Assembly: GCF_963921235.1 (NCBI RefSeq)
Contig: NC_086097.1
Coordinates: forward strand, 115,322,001-115,386,000
Reading direction: 5' to 3'
DNA: 64,000 nt
DNA from: Mobula hypostoma
Lineage: Eukaryota
Each line of letters begins with the position of its first letter. The first letter of the stretch is position 1. The position numbers and the translations under genes are program-made. Shown piece after piece: positions 49,205-62,004 of the stretch. The notes below the pieces were generated by a model. It did not search any database and was not told the origin of the DNA. It worked only from the letters and a program-made list of their open reading frames with translations.

Positions 49205-49669
49205 TGTTGGATCTGACAGTTTAATTTTAATTGTCAATTTCTTTGTGTTTAACATCAATAATCTGCTTGTATCTTAAGCAGCCTTTATATGCATAACAAT
49301 TGAATATGCCTCTAGTGGTTATGCAAAGTATAATTCTGGAAGCTTCTAAAGCTTCTTTGTTCTCTGCATTAAGTGGCGAGTATTTTTTCATTGGTTGAGT
49401 TTATTACAATAATTTCTAAGCATTTTCTCATTGGGTTATCCTTTTCTGTGGAATTTTCTTAGCTTTGGATATAAAAGTAGCTGTATTTTGCTAGGCGCCG
49501 TCTTTCTTTGTCTGTAGTTTCCCTCTTTAAGTAGTAGACTTCTCTCCCGGTTTACTTCAACTTCTCTTTGTTCTATCAACTCTTTAATAAATTGAGCATG
49601 AAGCAACAGGTTTTATGCCTCATTCCTGAATTCCAAAGGAACCTTGGATTTAAATACCATAATCCAACA
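49205..49669 (+). mobile_element. Solo LTR (465 bp)
   Basis: Terminal inverted TGTTGGAT..ATCCAACA; 4-bp flanks CCAT/CCGT; internal ATTGG boxes, TATAAAA then AATAAA. Confidence 0.8.
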
Positions 49670-49909
49670 CCGTAGTCCTCGGAGGTAGATTTTGGTTCAG
49701 TAACAAAGTCAATATGATCAGTAACAGTTGATCACAATCTACTGTTGTTTATCTCTCAGAAAGAGCTATCATTTAGAAACACATAGAGAGCCTCAATTAT
49801 ATCAAATTATTATCTTTCCCAGTCTTTAGGTTCCATGGCAGGATGAAAGAGCTCATTACACAACAATTCCTCAAGTAGTACCTGATCCCTAATTCTCTAA
49901 TCTAAAGAG

Positions 49910-50390
49910 ATTTAGAACCATAGAGTCATAGAACACTACATCACAGAAACATGGCCTTCAGCCCAACTAATCTACGCCAACCTATTAATCTTCCTCATCT
50001 CATCAACCTGCACCCAGACCAAAGCCCTCCATACCCCTCACATCCATGTACCTATCCAAATTTTTCTTAAATGTTGAAATCAAACATGCATTCACCATCT
50101 CTGCAGGCAACTCATTCAAGTGCAACCTCACCAATGACTTATAAAACTGAAACATGATGTTGCTACTCCTAAACCTGATACCTTCACTCATGCAGCCCAG
50201 CATATGAAATGTCTTCTTCACCACCCTGTGTATTTGCTACTTTCAGCAAAATGTGCACTTGTACTACCAGGTGCCTCTGTCCCACAATACATCTCAGCGC
50301 TCTATCATTCCACTGTCTAGGTCATACCCTGGTTTAATGTCCATTATGCATCACCTCATATTTAGCCGAGTTCAAATCCATTTGCCATAA
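49910..50390 (-). mobile_element. CR1 3' fragment
   Basis: QFYKSLVRLHL..NELPAEMVNA..FKKNLDRYMD. Confidence 0.75.
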
Positions 50391-52092
50391 GGAGAAGAGT
50401 TCTGTCAATTATTCTGATTAAGACCGCAAATAAAACAGATCAAAAATATCTGGGTATAGAGGGGGAAAACAGGGGTCAGGTTAAGGTGTAGGGACAGGGA
50501 TATGAGAATGTTAGATGTCTAGGTTTTATTGGCAGGGTAATAAAGAAATTAGAGGTCAGACCTCCAGCCAGTGCTCTGTACTCCACGTTTGAGGTCCAGC
50601 AACGTAGACAGACAATGAAGGATGCCTGGAGTCCAGGCCTTCATTTTGTGCTCAAAGTCAAGCATTGTGGACATAGGGCCAAAAGGAAAGCTTGCTTTGC
50701 TGTTGTTGTTTTGTTGCTTGTTGTGTTCTGTGGGCATGCAATGTTGGCGCTGGAATGAGTGGCAACACTTGCAGGCACCTCCCAGTCATTCCTTAGGTGT
50801 GCTGATTGTTAATGCAAATAATGCATTTCACTATGTTTCGTGTGGAGGTGATCGATAAATGAAACTGAGCCTGAATCTGAATAAAGCTTAACTGTTATGT
50901 TCCCACACCTTCAGGCAGTTAGTGCAATTTTAATTGACAAAATAAAAATCTCAAAGCTTTTGCAGGGTGCCACCATGACGTCTAGAACAGTCACATCACA
51001 CAACACAACAGGTCGCATCAGAACTGAGGACACAATTCCTCCTTTTTTTCAATGGAAGATGACACATAACTGGAGGTAGAAGGAAATACCCTGGAGAGGA
51101 AGTGATGATGGTGTCACCTTGGCAGTAAAAGGTAGGGTAGACTTGAAGTTGTTAAGAATAATCATATCTGATAGTTTTACCACATTTCAATTTCTGGTTA
51201 AAATGAACAAAGCTCTTGTAAAGTAACCTCAGCAGGTTTCTGTGAATAATTCCCAAGTAATGATTAGAGGCGTGATCAAAAGCTAATTACATATCTCCTG
51301 ACAATGACAGTGTTAAATGAAAGTGCGCTGGTGCCCGATTTCCACCTCAGCCAAAAAGACTGGGATTGAACCTGATCTATAAAATTGAAAGCTTTTCCCT
51401 GCTCAGGCAATAAGGACACACACTGCAAAGTTATGTTTGGCAATTATTCATATTTGCATTCTCTGTCGCTTTTATCAGTCAGACCTCAACTCTATTTCCA
51501 CATTAATAAGTCTACTCTAAATTTTTGATAAATCCAATTGAGCATGATTGGTGGCAAGAGCTCAGGTGATTAACTATCATTGCGTACATCATAGTTAATC
51601 ATCTAAGCCCTTGCCACCAAATCAAGTGAGCTTTGTGTGAAGGGTGGCTGGGCGTGGGGAATGTTGGTGATGTATTGCAGACTGATATTCTCCAGGTGAC
51701 ACAGAATGCCGATAATGTTAAGGGTGGCTGATGAGTGCCTGTTATTCGCAGCGCATATACTTGGGGGAGTGTAGGTAGAAGGAATGAGGAAAGTAGCGAG
51801 ATCTTGATTTTGAATAGTATTTCTAGTACCGACTGTACTCTTAGTCACATTTTCTATTACAGCCCCTTCATAAGTATTTTATGCTAATTCCTTTCTAAGA
51901 GTCATAGAGCTCCACAGCACAGGAACAGACCCTTCAGCCCATCTTGTCCATGCCAGCCTACTATTCTGCCTCATCTCATCGAGCTGCACCTGGGCCATAG
52001 CCCTCCATGCGCCTGTCATCCCTGCACTTAATTGAGTTACAGAACACTATAGCACTGAAACGGGCCCTATGGTCCATGCAGAATTGGAATAA

Positions 52093-52780
52093 AGTCTGTG
52101 TCCATCTGGGCAGAGTAGGTTGCACTGCAGCGTCCATTCACAGGCACGACCTCATCACAGATTAGCAACGGGGCTTTGACCTGCTCTGTTTCTGACCTGG
52201 GCTGGCTCACACCTCTTTATTGCACCTCGTGGTTCCAAGTTCCCAGGAAAGCACCACAAGGATACTAAACCTAATTAGGATGCTGTTACACAGAAGCAGA
52301 TTCACAGAATCGGTAAGCCACTGATTGCAAGTAAGCACGTTAAGTACTTGTTTACAAACAAACAGTGAAAAACTTAACCAAACAACTAAGTCAATAAAAA
52401 AACGCATCTAAGCCTATTCCTCCTATGTTACAAATATACAACACTAAACAATCAGTAACACTTCTAACTCAAACAGGTACGTGATTAAGTCTGCTCAACT
52501 TACACAACTACAACACTAAACATTCAACAAACAGATACTTAACGAAGTGTGCATGTGGGCCCTTTTTATAGCACACTTTCCCAGCAATCCTTTAGGCCTG
52601 GTTGTGATGCAGTCTGAAAAGAGAGCGAGGCTCTTGCCAGTGCTTTTCCTATACAGCTGGGGAGCCTTGAATCAGAAGCCGGTGTTGTGACATGAAAGCC
52701 AGCTAATGGGAGAGAGCTGCCACACCCTTCAAACAGGCTAATCGGCAACCTGCACGGTGGAAGCGGCTTTCAACCGGCAG
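52093..52780 (-). repeat. Unclassified LTR-like or terminal-repeat-like segment
   Basis: Minus strand CTATAAAAAGGG followed about 350 bp later by AATAAA; no TG..CA ends or TSD found. Confidence 0.3.
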
Positions 52781-52782
52781 GA

Positions 52783-53080
52783 AAGTTAAAGTTCAAAGTA
52801 AATTTTATTATCAAAGTACATATGTCACCATATCCAATCCTGAGATTCATTTTCTTGTGGACATATTCAACAAATCTATTGAATAATAACTATAACAAAA
52901 TCAGTGAAAGATCACCAAACTCGGGCTTTCAGCCAGAGTGCAGAAGACAACAAATTGTGCAAAGAAGAAACAATAATATATAAAAAAAACAATGAATATC
53001 AAGAATATGAGATGAAGAGTCCTGGAGGGTGAGTCCATTAGTCAATGATGGGGCAATTAAAGCTGAGTGAAGTAACTCAT
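52783..53080 (-). mobile_element. Rex/Babar-type 3'UTR and tail
   Basis: Minus: tacttcactca..atggactcac..aagaaaatgaatctcagg..gtactttgataataaaatttactttgaacttt, as in other copies in this window. Confidence 0.75.
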
Positions 53081-53085
53081 CATGT

Positions 53086-53198
53086 TACAGATACCCAATT
53101 GGCATGGCACGCAGCTGCCAAGAATTCCTGATCTTAAGCAATCCTGCAGCCTCAGCTTCTGAGCAGTCAAGTAACAGACATGCACTACTGCATCAGGC
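53086..53198 (-). pseudogene. RN7SL: 7SL (SRP) RNA 5' fragment, degenerate
   Basis: Minus gcctgatgcagtagtgcatgtctgt..ctcagaagctgaggctgcaggattgcttaagatcaggaattcttggc..tgccatgccaattgggtatctg is colinear with roughly the first 115 nt of vertebrate 7SL, many differences being CpG decay. Confidence 0.8.
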
Positions 53199-53499
53199 TT
53201 TCTAGTTACAGTTTTTGAAGGGGACAAGAGAATTAGTGAAGGCATTGTAGATGTTCTGGTGTAAGCTTTGCAATCCACAATTGCTTTAGTTTCCACTCAT
53301 TGTTCAGTACACTTGGACTTGTTCACAATGTGCTACAAGGGTAGTTGCATTGTGAATTGTGTAGGTCAGGAGCCAAAGTAGCTCTGCCTTCTCTGGGACT
53401 CTGGAACCCGTACGAGCAGGTTGACCAAATGTCTTCAACCAATCAAACTGAGATCTGAAGAATCAAAATCAGAATATTTCATTTAATGTTAAACTACAT

Positions 53500-54200
53500 T
53501 GTTTACTTACACAACTGTGTTTGAGCAGAAGTTAATAGGTTATCGATTAGCGACAGTGTCAGTGGTTATGGGGAGTAGGCAGGAGAATGGGGTTGAGAGG
53601 GGCAATAATTCAGGCAGAACGGAATGGTGGTGCCATCTCAAGGACTGAATGGGGCCTAATTCTGCTCCTATGTCTTATGGTCTTATGATCTTACTAACCT
53701 TTTGTTGGATCTGTTGATATTAATATGAAGTGCTTCAGAAGTCAAGAATGAGGTATAAAACTTGGTGGTCATAGCCATTTTATTAAGTGTTACAAGAACA
53801 AAGAAAAAACTAAGAAAAGACAAAGAAAATGAAGTTGTGGTCATCTCAGGGTAGTAATAGGGTAAGTGCAAGTGAGCTTTTTCCATTGAGGTCGAATGAG
53901 ACTAGAACTAGAGATTATAGGTTAAGGGTGAAAGGTGGAATGTACATGGTGAACATGAGGGGGAGCTTCTTCACTCAGAGGGTGATAAGAGTGTGGAATT
54001 AGCTGCCAGCAGAAGTGGTGCACGTGAGCTTCATTTCGATATTTAAGAGATGTATGAATAGATACAAGGATGGGAGGGATGTAGGGGCTATTGACCAGAT
54101 GCAGGTCGATGAAATTAGGCAGAATAATAGTTTGGCATGGACTAGATTGGCAGAAGGGCCTGTCTTCGTGCTGCAGTGCTCTGTAACTATGATTCTATAC
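53500..54200 (+). mobile_element. Two CR1 3'-end fragments
   Basis: ggcctaattctgctcctatgtcttatggtc; cttcttcactcagagggtgataagagtgtggaattagctgcc. Confidence 0.7.
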
Positions 54201-54359
54201 ATTGAAAGTTAGATTACAAGGAAAATACTAGAAAAATAATGAATCTGCACTGTAATCCAACGTTTCTTTGGAAAACACAATCCACTGCTCTGTATGTGAC
54301 TGTGGACCCTTAACAATGTGATTGATTCAGAATAACTCCAGCAAATAGTACCATCAGGC

Positions 54360-54630
54360 ACCCAGGGTAACGTTTGGTGCTATTACAATTCGTGACGTTG
54401 GACAACAAGAGTTCAATTCTGACGTCACCTGTAATTCCTTTTCTATATCCTTTTTGTGGAATACATGGGTTTTCTCTGGTTTTCTCCTGCAGCCCAAAGA
54501 CGTGTCGTTCAGTAGGATTATTGGTCATTGTAAATGGCCGTGATCAGACTAGGGTTAAATCAGCGGAATGCCTGTTAGTGCGGCTCAGAGGGCTAGAAGG
54601 GCCTTATCTGTATCTTTAAATCGATAAATA
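54360..54630 (+). mobile_element. V-SINE (HE1-like), degenerate
   Basis: gagttcaattc B box; catgggttttctctggtttctcc..cccaaagacgtg..attggtcattgtaaat; related minus copy near 56850-57130. Confidence 0.6.
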
Positions 54631-54802
54631 ATAAAAAAAAACTAGCAAGTCACTGGTCTGTAACAAACTGCTACACATACAGAGTTACACTGTAACAGTA
54701 ATTGGTCAGTCATCGAAAATGGCCCTTCTCATAAGGCCTCCTCATGAAGATCTTGGCATTACTGTCTAAATTGAGTGTGCTGGACAGGTCACGGACACGA
54801 AG

Positions 54803-55880
54803 ACACAGAGTGATCAGCAGCACTGGGGCTTCACAGGGGTCTGTCTTGTCTCCCTTTCTCTTCACCATTTACACCTCAGACTTCAACTACTGCACAGAGT
54901 CTTGTCATCTTCAGAAGTTTTCGGATGACTCTGCCATAGTTGGACGCATCAGCAAGGGAGATGAGGCTGAGTACAGGGCTACAGTAGGAAACTTTGTCAC
55001 ACGGTGTGAGCAGAATTATCTGCAGCTTAATGTGAAAAAGACTAAGGAGCTGGTGGTAGACCTGAGGAGAGCTAAGGTACCGGTGACCCCTGTTTCCATC
55101 AAGGGGGTCAGTGTGGACATGGTGGAGGATTACAAATACCTGGGGATACGAATTGACAAAAAACTGGACTGGTCTAAGAACACTGAGGCTGTCTACAAGA
55201 AGGGTCAGAGCCGTCTCTATTTCCTGAGGAGACTGAGGTCCTTTAACATCTGCTGGACGATGCTGAGGATGTCCTACGAGTCTGTGGTGGCCAGTGCTAT
55301 CATGTTTGCTGTTGTGTGCTGGGGCAGCAGACACCAGCAGAATCAACAAACTCATTCGTAAGGCCAGTGATGTTGTGGAGATGGAACTGGACTCTCTGAC
55401 AGTGGTATCTGAAAAGAGGATGCTGACCAAGTTGCATGTCATCTTGGACAATGACTCCCATCCATTGCATAATGTACTAGTTGGGCACAGGAGTACATTC
55501 AGCCAGAGACTCATTCCACCGAGATGCAGCACAGAGCGTCATCGGAAATCATTCCTGCCTGTGGTCATCAAACTTTACAACTCCTCCCTTGGAGGGTCAG
55601 ACACCCTGAGCCAATAGGCTGGTCCTGGACTTATTTCATAATTTACTGGCATAATTTACATATTACTATTTAACTATTTATTACTATTTTCTATTACTAT
55701 TCTACTACTATTTATTATTTCTATGACTATTACTATTTACTATTTACTAATAGTAATATTACTATTACTATTTCTATTTCTATTACTATTTATTATTTAT
55801 GGTGCAGCTGTAGCGAAAACCAATTTCCCCTGGGATCAATAAAGTATGACTATGGCTATGAATATGACTATGACGATGAC
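54803..55880 (+). mobile_element. Rex1/Babar LINE, relatively young, 5'-truncated
   Basis: STGASQGSVLSPFLFTIYTSDF..LQKFSDDSAIVG..LNVKKTKELVVDLRR..KYLG..SRLYFLRRLRSF; AT-rich (tattac)-like tract; (tatgac)n tail. Confidence 0.93.
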
Positions 55881-57969
55881 GAATTATCTCCCCCCTTCTT
55901 TCTCACTCCTGAAGAAGAGTCTTGGTCCCAAATGTCAGCTATCGATTCCCCTCCATAGATGCTGCCTGACCGGCTGAGTTCCTCCGGTATTTTATATGTG
56001 TTGATCTGGATTTCCAGCACCTGCAGACTTTCTCATGTTTAACAGATGCCTGTTTCATTAGTGGGTGGGACCCAATAGAGGCAAATATACTGTGTTAATT
56101 GTAGGGAAATGATATTGACTTTGGATCCTTGGGCAAAATCAAGGATCCAATTATGGGCAAATAATTAACCTGATTTGATTGATCATGATTTACCACCTTT
56201 TCTTACAACACTCTTCCATTTACACAATGTTGGGAAACCGTCATGGCAACATCAAGGGCCTACAATATACTCACAGATGTCAACATGTGCAGAAGCACTA
56301 CCATAGATGAAAGTGACTAACTTCTGAAAAAGTTACCTGACATAATTGGATGGTAATGAAACTAGGAGCAGCATAGATGAAACTTACTTACCATTTACCC
56401 TCAAAAAATTTACTTGGCCTCGTGGCATCTTCTCATAGCATTACTTCTGTGCACAGATGTTGTGGAGACAGAGCCATATTATCCCATTGAGGAAATACAC
56501 GTCTACCATTGGCCAGAATTAGGTTAGTTTAGAAGTTGTGTTGTGGATTAGAACTGTGCCTCCATGAAGCACCAAAGGTAAATCTTTGGAATACTCTGCC
56601 CAAAAGAGCTGTGGGGTTTCTATTACGGGGAAAGATTGAGGTGAAGTTTCGGATACTAGAAGTATCAGGGAATATGATTATCAAGGGCTTAAAATACACT
56701 CACAGATGTCAGCATTTTCTTATCAGGGAATATAAAGGAAATTAGCACTGAGGTAAAAGATTATCCATGAGGTTACTGAATCGCAGAACTTGCAAAGTGG
56801 CCGGTTGGCTTTTTCCTGCTGTTTCTTATTTATTTTATTTTTATTTTTGTTTAGAGATACAGTGCTGAATAGGCCCTTCTAGCCCAACAAGTTGCATTGC
56901 CTAGCAACCCACCTGCTTAACCCCAGTCCAATCACTGCACCATTTACAATGACCAATTAGCCTAGTAACCAGTACGTCTTTGCAATGTGGGAGCAAAATG
57001 AAGCACCCAGAGGAAACCATGCGTTCATGGGAAGAATGTACAAACTTTCTTACAGACGGCACCAGAATTGAACTCCAAACTCCGACACCCTGAGTTCTGA
57101 AACCTTCACACTAACTGATAGGCCACTACAGCTCTACTGTATATTCCTTTTAAAGATACCTGATTCAGCCATGATGAAATGATGGAGCAGACTCGATGAG
57201 CCAAGTGGCCTAATTCTGCTCCTATATCTTATGGTCTAATTCCTCAATGACCACAACACTTCTCTTTACATCATAACTCCTGTACATAATGTCACAGCCC
57301 CTTTCCCAGTGACCAATATCCTCTGCTCCTCTTAGCACCATCACTTCCCCACCAAGCACAACTTTTTACTCATTTAACACAACCTTCACAAGGTATCAAG
57401 GGGAATCCTTTTGCATTCCCCTTTTCCACAAAGCATGATTATTTCTTTGTTAAATACAACACATTCCCCATGAAACAAATTCCCTTGTCAACTAACTACA
57501 ATGTTAAAGGCCAATCACAAATCATCTATTTCCCAATCACCACAACTACGACTCCAGGAAATACTCATTTCAAGATTCTTTAATGTAATTTCCAATACAC
57601 AAATATAAAGGAAAACAAAATAATTTTTACTCCAGATTCAATGCAGTACAAATAAAAAAAGGTATAGAATACAGTAATTTAAAAAACTCAAATTAATATA
57701 AATACATAAGATAGTTTATATACTGTACATAGCTTGATTATATATCCATAAAGTGATACTGGGCACAGGAGCGTCTGTACATAAGGTGACTCTGTTAGGA
57801 ACTGAGAACGTAGTGGTGGTGAGGCACGTGGATGGGTGGGTTAGTGGCTGGGGGTATTGATCAGCCTTCCTGCTTGGGAAGCAAACTGTTTTTGAATCCG
57901 GTGGTCTGGGCCTGGATGTTACGTAGCCTCCTCCCTGATTGGAGTGACATAAAGTACACAGGGAAAATT

Positions 57970-58260
57970 ATCAACACACACAAAATGCCAAAGGAACTCA
58001 GTAGCCAGATAACATCTATGGGAAAAGTAAACAGTTGATGTTTTGGGCCGAGACCCTTCACCAGGACTGGAGGAAAAAAAGATGAGGAGTCAGAGTAAGA
58101 AGGTGGGGGCAGGACAGGAAGAAACACAAGGTGAAACTGGGAGGGGGAGGGGTGAAGTAAAGAGCTGGGAAGTTGATTGGTGAAAGAGATACAGGGCTGG
58201 GGAAGACGGAATCTGATAGGAGAGGAGAGAAGGCTACAGGGCTGGAGAAGGGGGAATCTG
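57970..58260 (-). mobile_element. Penelope pLTR fragment
   Basis: Similar to 6113-6400 and 9888-10100, including a degenerate hammerhead motif. Confidence 0.75.
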
Positions 58261-59705
58261 CAGCTCATAAACATTCAGCTTAGTCATAAGTTTGAAGAAA
58301 AAAATATAAGATTGCAAAAGATGGATACAATTGAGTTAGAGAATTTAAGAAATCAAATCTGAATAGAAAACTGATTAGGAGGCAAAATAGAATATGAAGC
58401 TGGTTGCAAGAAGTTTTGAATTATGCAAAAATAAAGTGTAATAAAAATGAATATGTGACTTTGTTGTTTTGGCCTGATTCAATATCTGCAAACTTGCAAT
58501 ATGCACGGACATTCAAAGGCTCTTAGAAAATTGGATAACAGCAAAGGCAACAATACCAGTAAAGGAATTTGGAAAAGACAAACAAAATGTGTGTAATATT
58601 TATTCATCAGCAATATTCTGGCTACATTATTAAGGAAGTGCTAACAGGGCACTGAGAAAATTGTAACATAATTAGGGAGAGTCAATATTGTTTTATGATA
58701 GGATAATGATGTTGAATAAATTAATTTATTCTTTGAGGATGTACCAAGCCAGTGCAAGCAATAATTTAAATTTTTAGAAGTCAATCAATGAGGTTTCTCA
58801 GCAACATATGGGCTTATGGAGTTGAAGGTAATTACATGGGTGGAGGATAGGCCAGCACACAGAATGAGAATAGAGATAAATGAGTCATCATGAGGGTAGG
58901 CTGCCCCTCAAGATCAAAGATGACCTGCTTCCTTTCTGTTTTCATGTGTTCTGAAGTCACCGATGAGGTCACAAGTTCATCTACAGATGAAACAAAAAGT
59001 GCTTAACAGGGAGGCCAGTTGGAGACTTTGTGAAATGCCTTCCACCATTTATCAAGGACTTCTGTGTTTCCCTGAGGATGTTCTGAGAATTCCCTCTTCG
59101 CTTATTCTCCCACAAAGCTATTAGAAAAAGAGTTCCAGTATTTTCACCAAGAAATGATATATTTTCAAGTGCAGATGGTGTGTGACTTGCCGAGGAACCT
59201 GCAGCTGGTGGGTCTCCCGTGCACCTTTGGTCCTTGTCATAAATGGTGTCAAGGATATGAGTTTGAGAGGTGCTATCAGAGTGTCTGGAGTGAGTAACTA
59301 CCTTTTTCAAAGGATACACAATGCAGCCATTTTGAACCACTGGCAAAGGAGATAAATGTATCAATCAAGCTGTTTGCTTTGTCCTGGACAGGGTCATAGT
59401 TCTCTGTGTTGTTGGAACTCAATTCGCTCAGGAAGGAGGTAAGTATTCTGTTAAATTCCTGACATGTCTTGTGGATAGTTGAAAGTATTTGGAATGTCCG
59501 GATGTGAGTAAGTTCATCATTAGATATCTAATAGGAGGAAAACCCTGGAACATTGCGTCCTCCACAATGACAGGATCTCACTTCTGACTTGCAAAATCAA
59601 GGCAGTAGCATTCACCACTATGCACTTCTCGGAGTACCCAAGTGGATGATCTATCTTGACATTCCCATCACCATAGAAGCCAGATATCAGCAGCTGCATA
59701 CACTC

Positions 59706-60134
59706 TGTCACAACCACGGATTCGGTAGCGCAGTAGATATGGTAATTGTGCTTGTGAATTTACACGTGTCAGCTAATTATTATTTAATCGTGATAGTATT
59801 TAACTCCATACTTGTCGTCATAGTGCTTATCGAGACTTGGACAGAGCAAAACAACGCTTCGCTCTTGTTTTGCATCGGCCTTGCCTGAGAAATTGGACTG
59901 CAGAGTCAACCGACTCTGAAGACTCGCGGTATTCCTTTAATAATTAGATTTTCTTCTCAGCCAAAGTGTAGGCTTCGTTTCCCATTTGAGAGTCTTAGTT
60001 AATGACCCTATTTGGCTGAGCATTTATTGTTTTATTTTCCCTTGAACACTGTTCGCCATTACAGTCCTGTGAACTATTAACCCGCTTCAGTGTCTCTCAC
60101 TCCGCACTTGGGCCATGTCCGAACAGCGATGACA
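59706..60134 (+). mobile_element. Solo LTR (429 bp), Gypsy-like
   Basis: TGTCA..TGACA termini; 5-bp flanks CACTC/TACTC; CpG richer than flanks; strand tentative. Confidence 0.75.
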
Positions 60135-60471
60135 TACTCAATGTGATATAATATGTAGATAAGAATATTGGAAATGGCTCGGGCTTGGATGCCACAAGGG
60201 GAAAGGAATTGCCCTTGACATCAACCAGCATTCCTCCATGAGAGTCAGAAAATTGCAGGCCAGGAGAATAAATGAGAAACCATGCTAATGGTTAGAGTAT
60301 GCCTCACACAGGGTTGTGGGGGTGGCTGTTGATGTTCAAGGGTGAAGTGTCACCCACTCAAAACCACTAACTGGCTGATCTGTTGACATTTTGTTCATGT
60401 GTATGCAGCCAAAATCACCTGTTCTGAGTTGAAATTTGATTTTGCTTGAACATTCGGCACAGTTTGCACTT

Positions 60472-61838
60472 TGGAACATAGAACATAGAATAGTACAGCA
60501 CAGTACAGGCCCTTCGGCCCACAATGTTGTGCCAACACTCAAACCCTGCTTCCCATATAACCCCCCACCTTAATATCCTCCATATATCTGTCTAGCAGTC
60601 TCTTAAACTTCACTAGTGTACCTGCCTCCACCACTGACTCAGGCAGTGCACTCTATGCACCAACCACTCTCTGAGTAAAAAAACCTTCATCTGTGTACAT
60701 ACATCTATTGATGCTTCTAGACACATCTTCAGTGATGTTCCTGGAACCATCGGGTGTTTCGGGTCTTTCAACATCATACACCCTCCTCCAGGTGACCCAG
60801 CCGGGGCTGATCAGACCCCAGCTTGTGTCCAGATGGCTAGCTACTTATGACTCTATGGCTCCCCTCTTTTGAGCCACAGCCATCTTGAGGCACTCTCTGC
60901 TGCATCGGTGGTACTGCGGATGGCTCTCCTCTTCCTCTCTCCCTCGATGCCCAAAATGCTGAAGGCTCTAACTAAAGAACGGGCTATGAATCCCCTACAA
61001 CCAACCTCCACTGGGAGACACCTCGCTCTCCATCCAGCCTGCTGACAGTTGCTGACCAGTCCTGCGTACTTGGAGAGCTTCCTTTCAAAGGCCTCCTCCA
61101 AGCATATCCCCTTGAAATTCCCACCCCTTACCTTAAAGCCTGTCCTCTTGTATTGAGCAGTGGTGCCCTGTGGAAGAGGCGCTGGATGTCCACTCTATCT
61201 ATTCCTCTTAATATCTTGTACACCTCTATCATGTCTCCTCTCATCGTCCTTCTCTCCAAAGAGTAAAGTCCTAGCTCCCTTAAGCTCTGATCATAATCCA
61301 TACTCTCTAAACCAGGCAGCATCCTGATAAACCTCCTCTGTACCCTTTACAATGCTTCCACATCCTTCCTATAGTGAGGTGACCAGAACTGGACACAGTA
61401 CTCCAAGTGTGGCCTAACCAGAGTTTTATAGAGCTGCAACATTATCTCACGACTCTTAAACTCCATCCCTCGACTTATGAAAGCTGACACCCCATAAGCT
61501 TTCTTAACTACCCTATCTACCTGTGAGGCAACTTTCAGGGATCTGTGGACATGTACCCCCAGATCTCTCTGCTCCTCCACACTACCAAGTATCCTGCCAT
61601 TTACTTTATACTCTGCCTTGGAGTTTGTCCTTCCGAAGTGTACCATCTCACACTTCTCCGGGTTGAATTCCATCTGCCACTTCTCAGCCCACTTCTGCAT
61701 CCTATCAATGTCTCTCTGCAATCTTTGACAATCCTCTACACTATCTACAACACCACCAACTTTGTGTCGTCTGCAAACTTGCCAACCCACCCTTCTACCC
61801 CCACATCCAGGTCATTAATAAAAATCACAAAAAGTAGA
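60472..61838 (-). mobile_element. CR1 LINE 3' part interrupted by a HERO-type fragment
   Basis: WAEKWQMEFNPEKC..LYKTLVRPHLEYCVQFWSP; LYSLERR.MRGDMIEVYKI; (ttctatg)n tail. Confidence 0.93.
60692..61104 (-). mobile_element. HERO/R2-superfamily non-LTR retrotransposon 3' fragment (restriction-like endonuclease C-terminus)
   Basis: EEAFERKLSKYAGLVSNCQQAGWRARCLPVEVGCRGF..AAESASRWLWLKR plus 3'UTR. Confidence 0.8.
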
Positions 61839-62004
61839 CGTCCCTTGGAAGAACCTTTATTTAATAAAATATACGTATGTTTATGTAAAACTAAAACCAA
61901 ATGTACCAAACAATCCAGTTGCTCCTTTACTTCCTTTTACTTTCTCCCATCCCAAGTAAAATTCCCAACTTTTGTCGCCTTGTTCTCTTGCACTATCTAA
62001 ATAT

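Noticed and set aside
55655..55800. CRISPR-like or structured array
   Set aside because: Simple AT-rich (tattac)-like microsatellite expansion in a LINE 3'UTR; no repeat-spacer pattern; eukaryotic context
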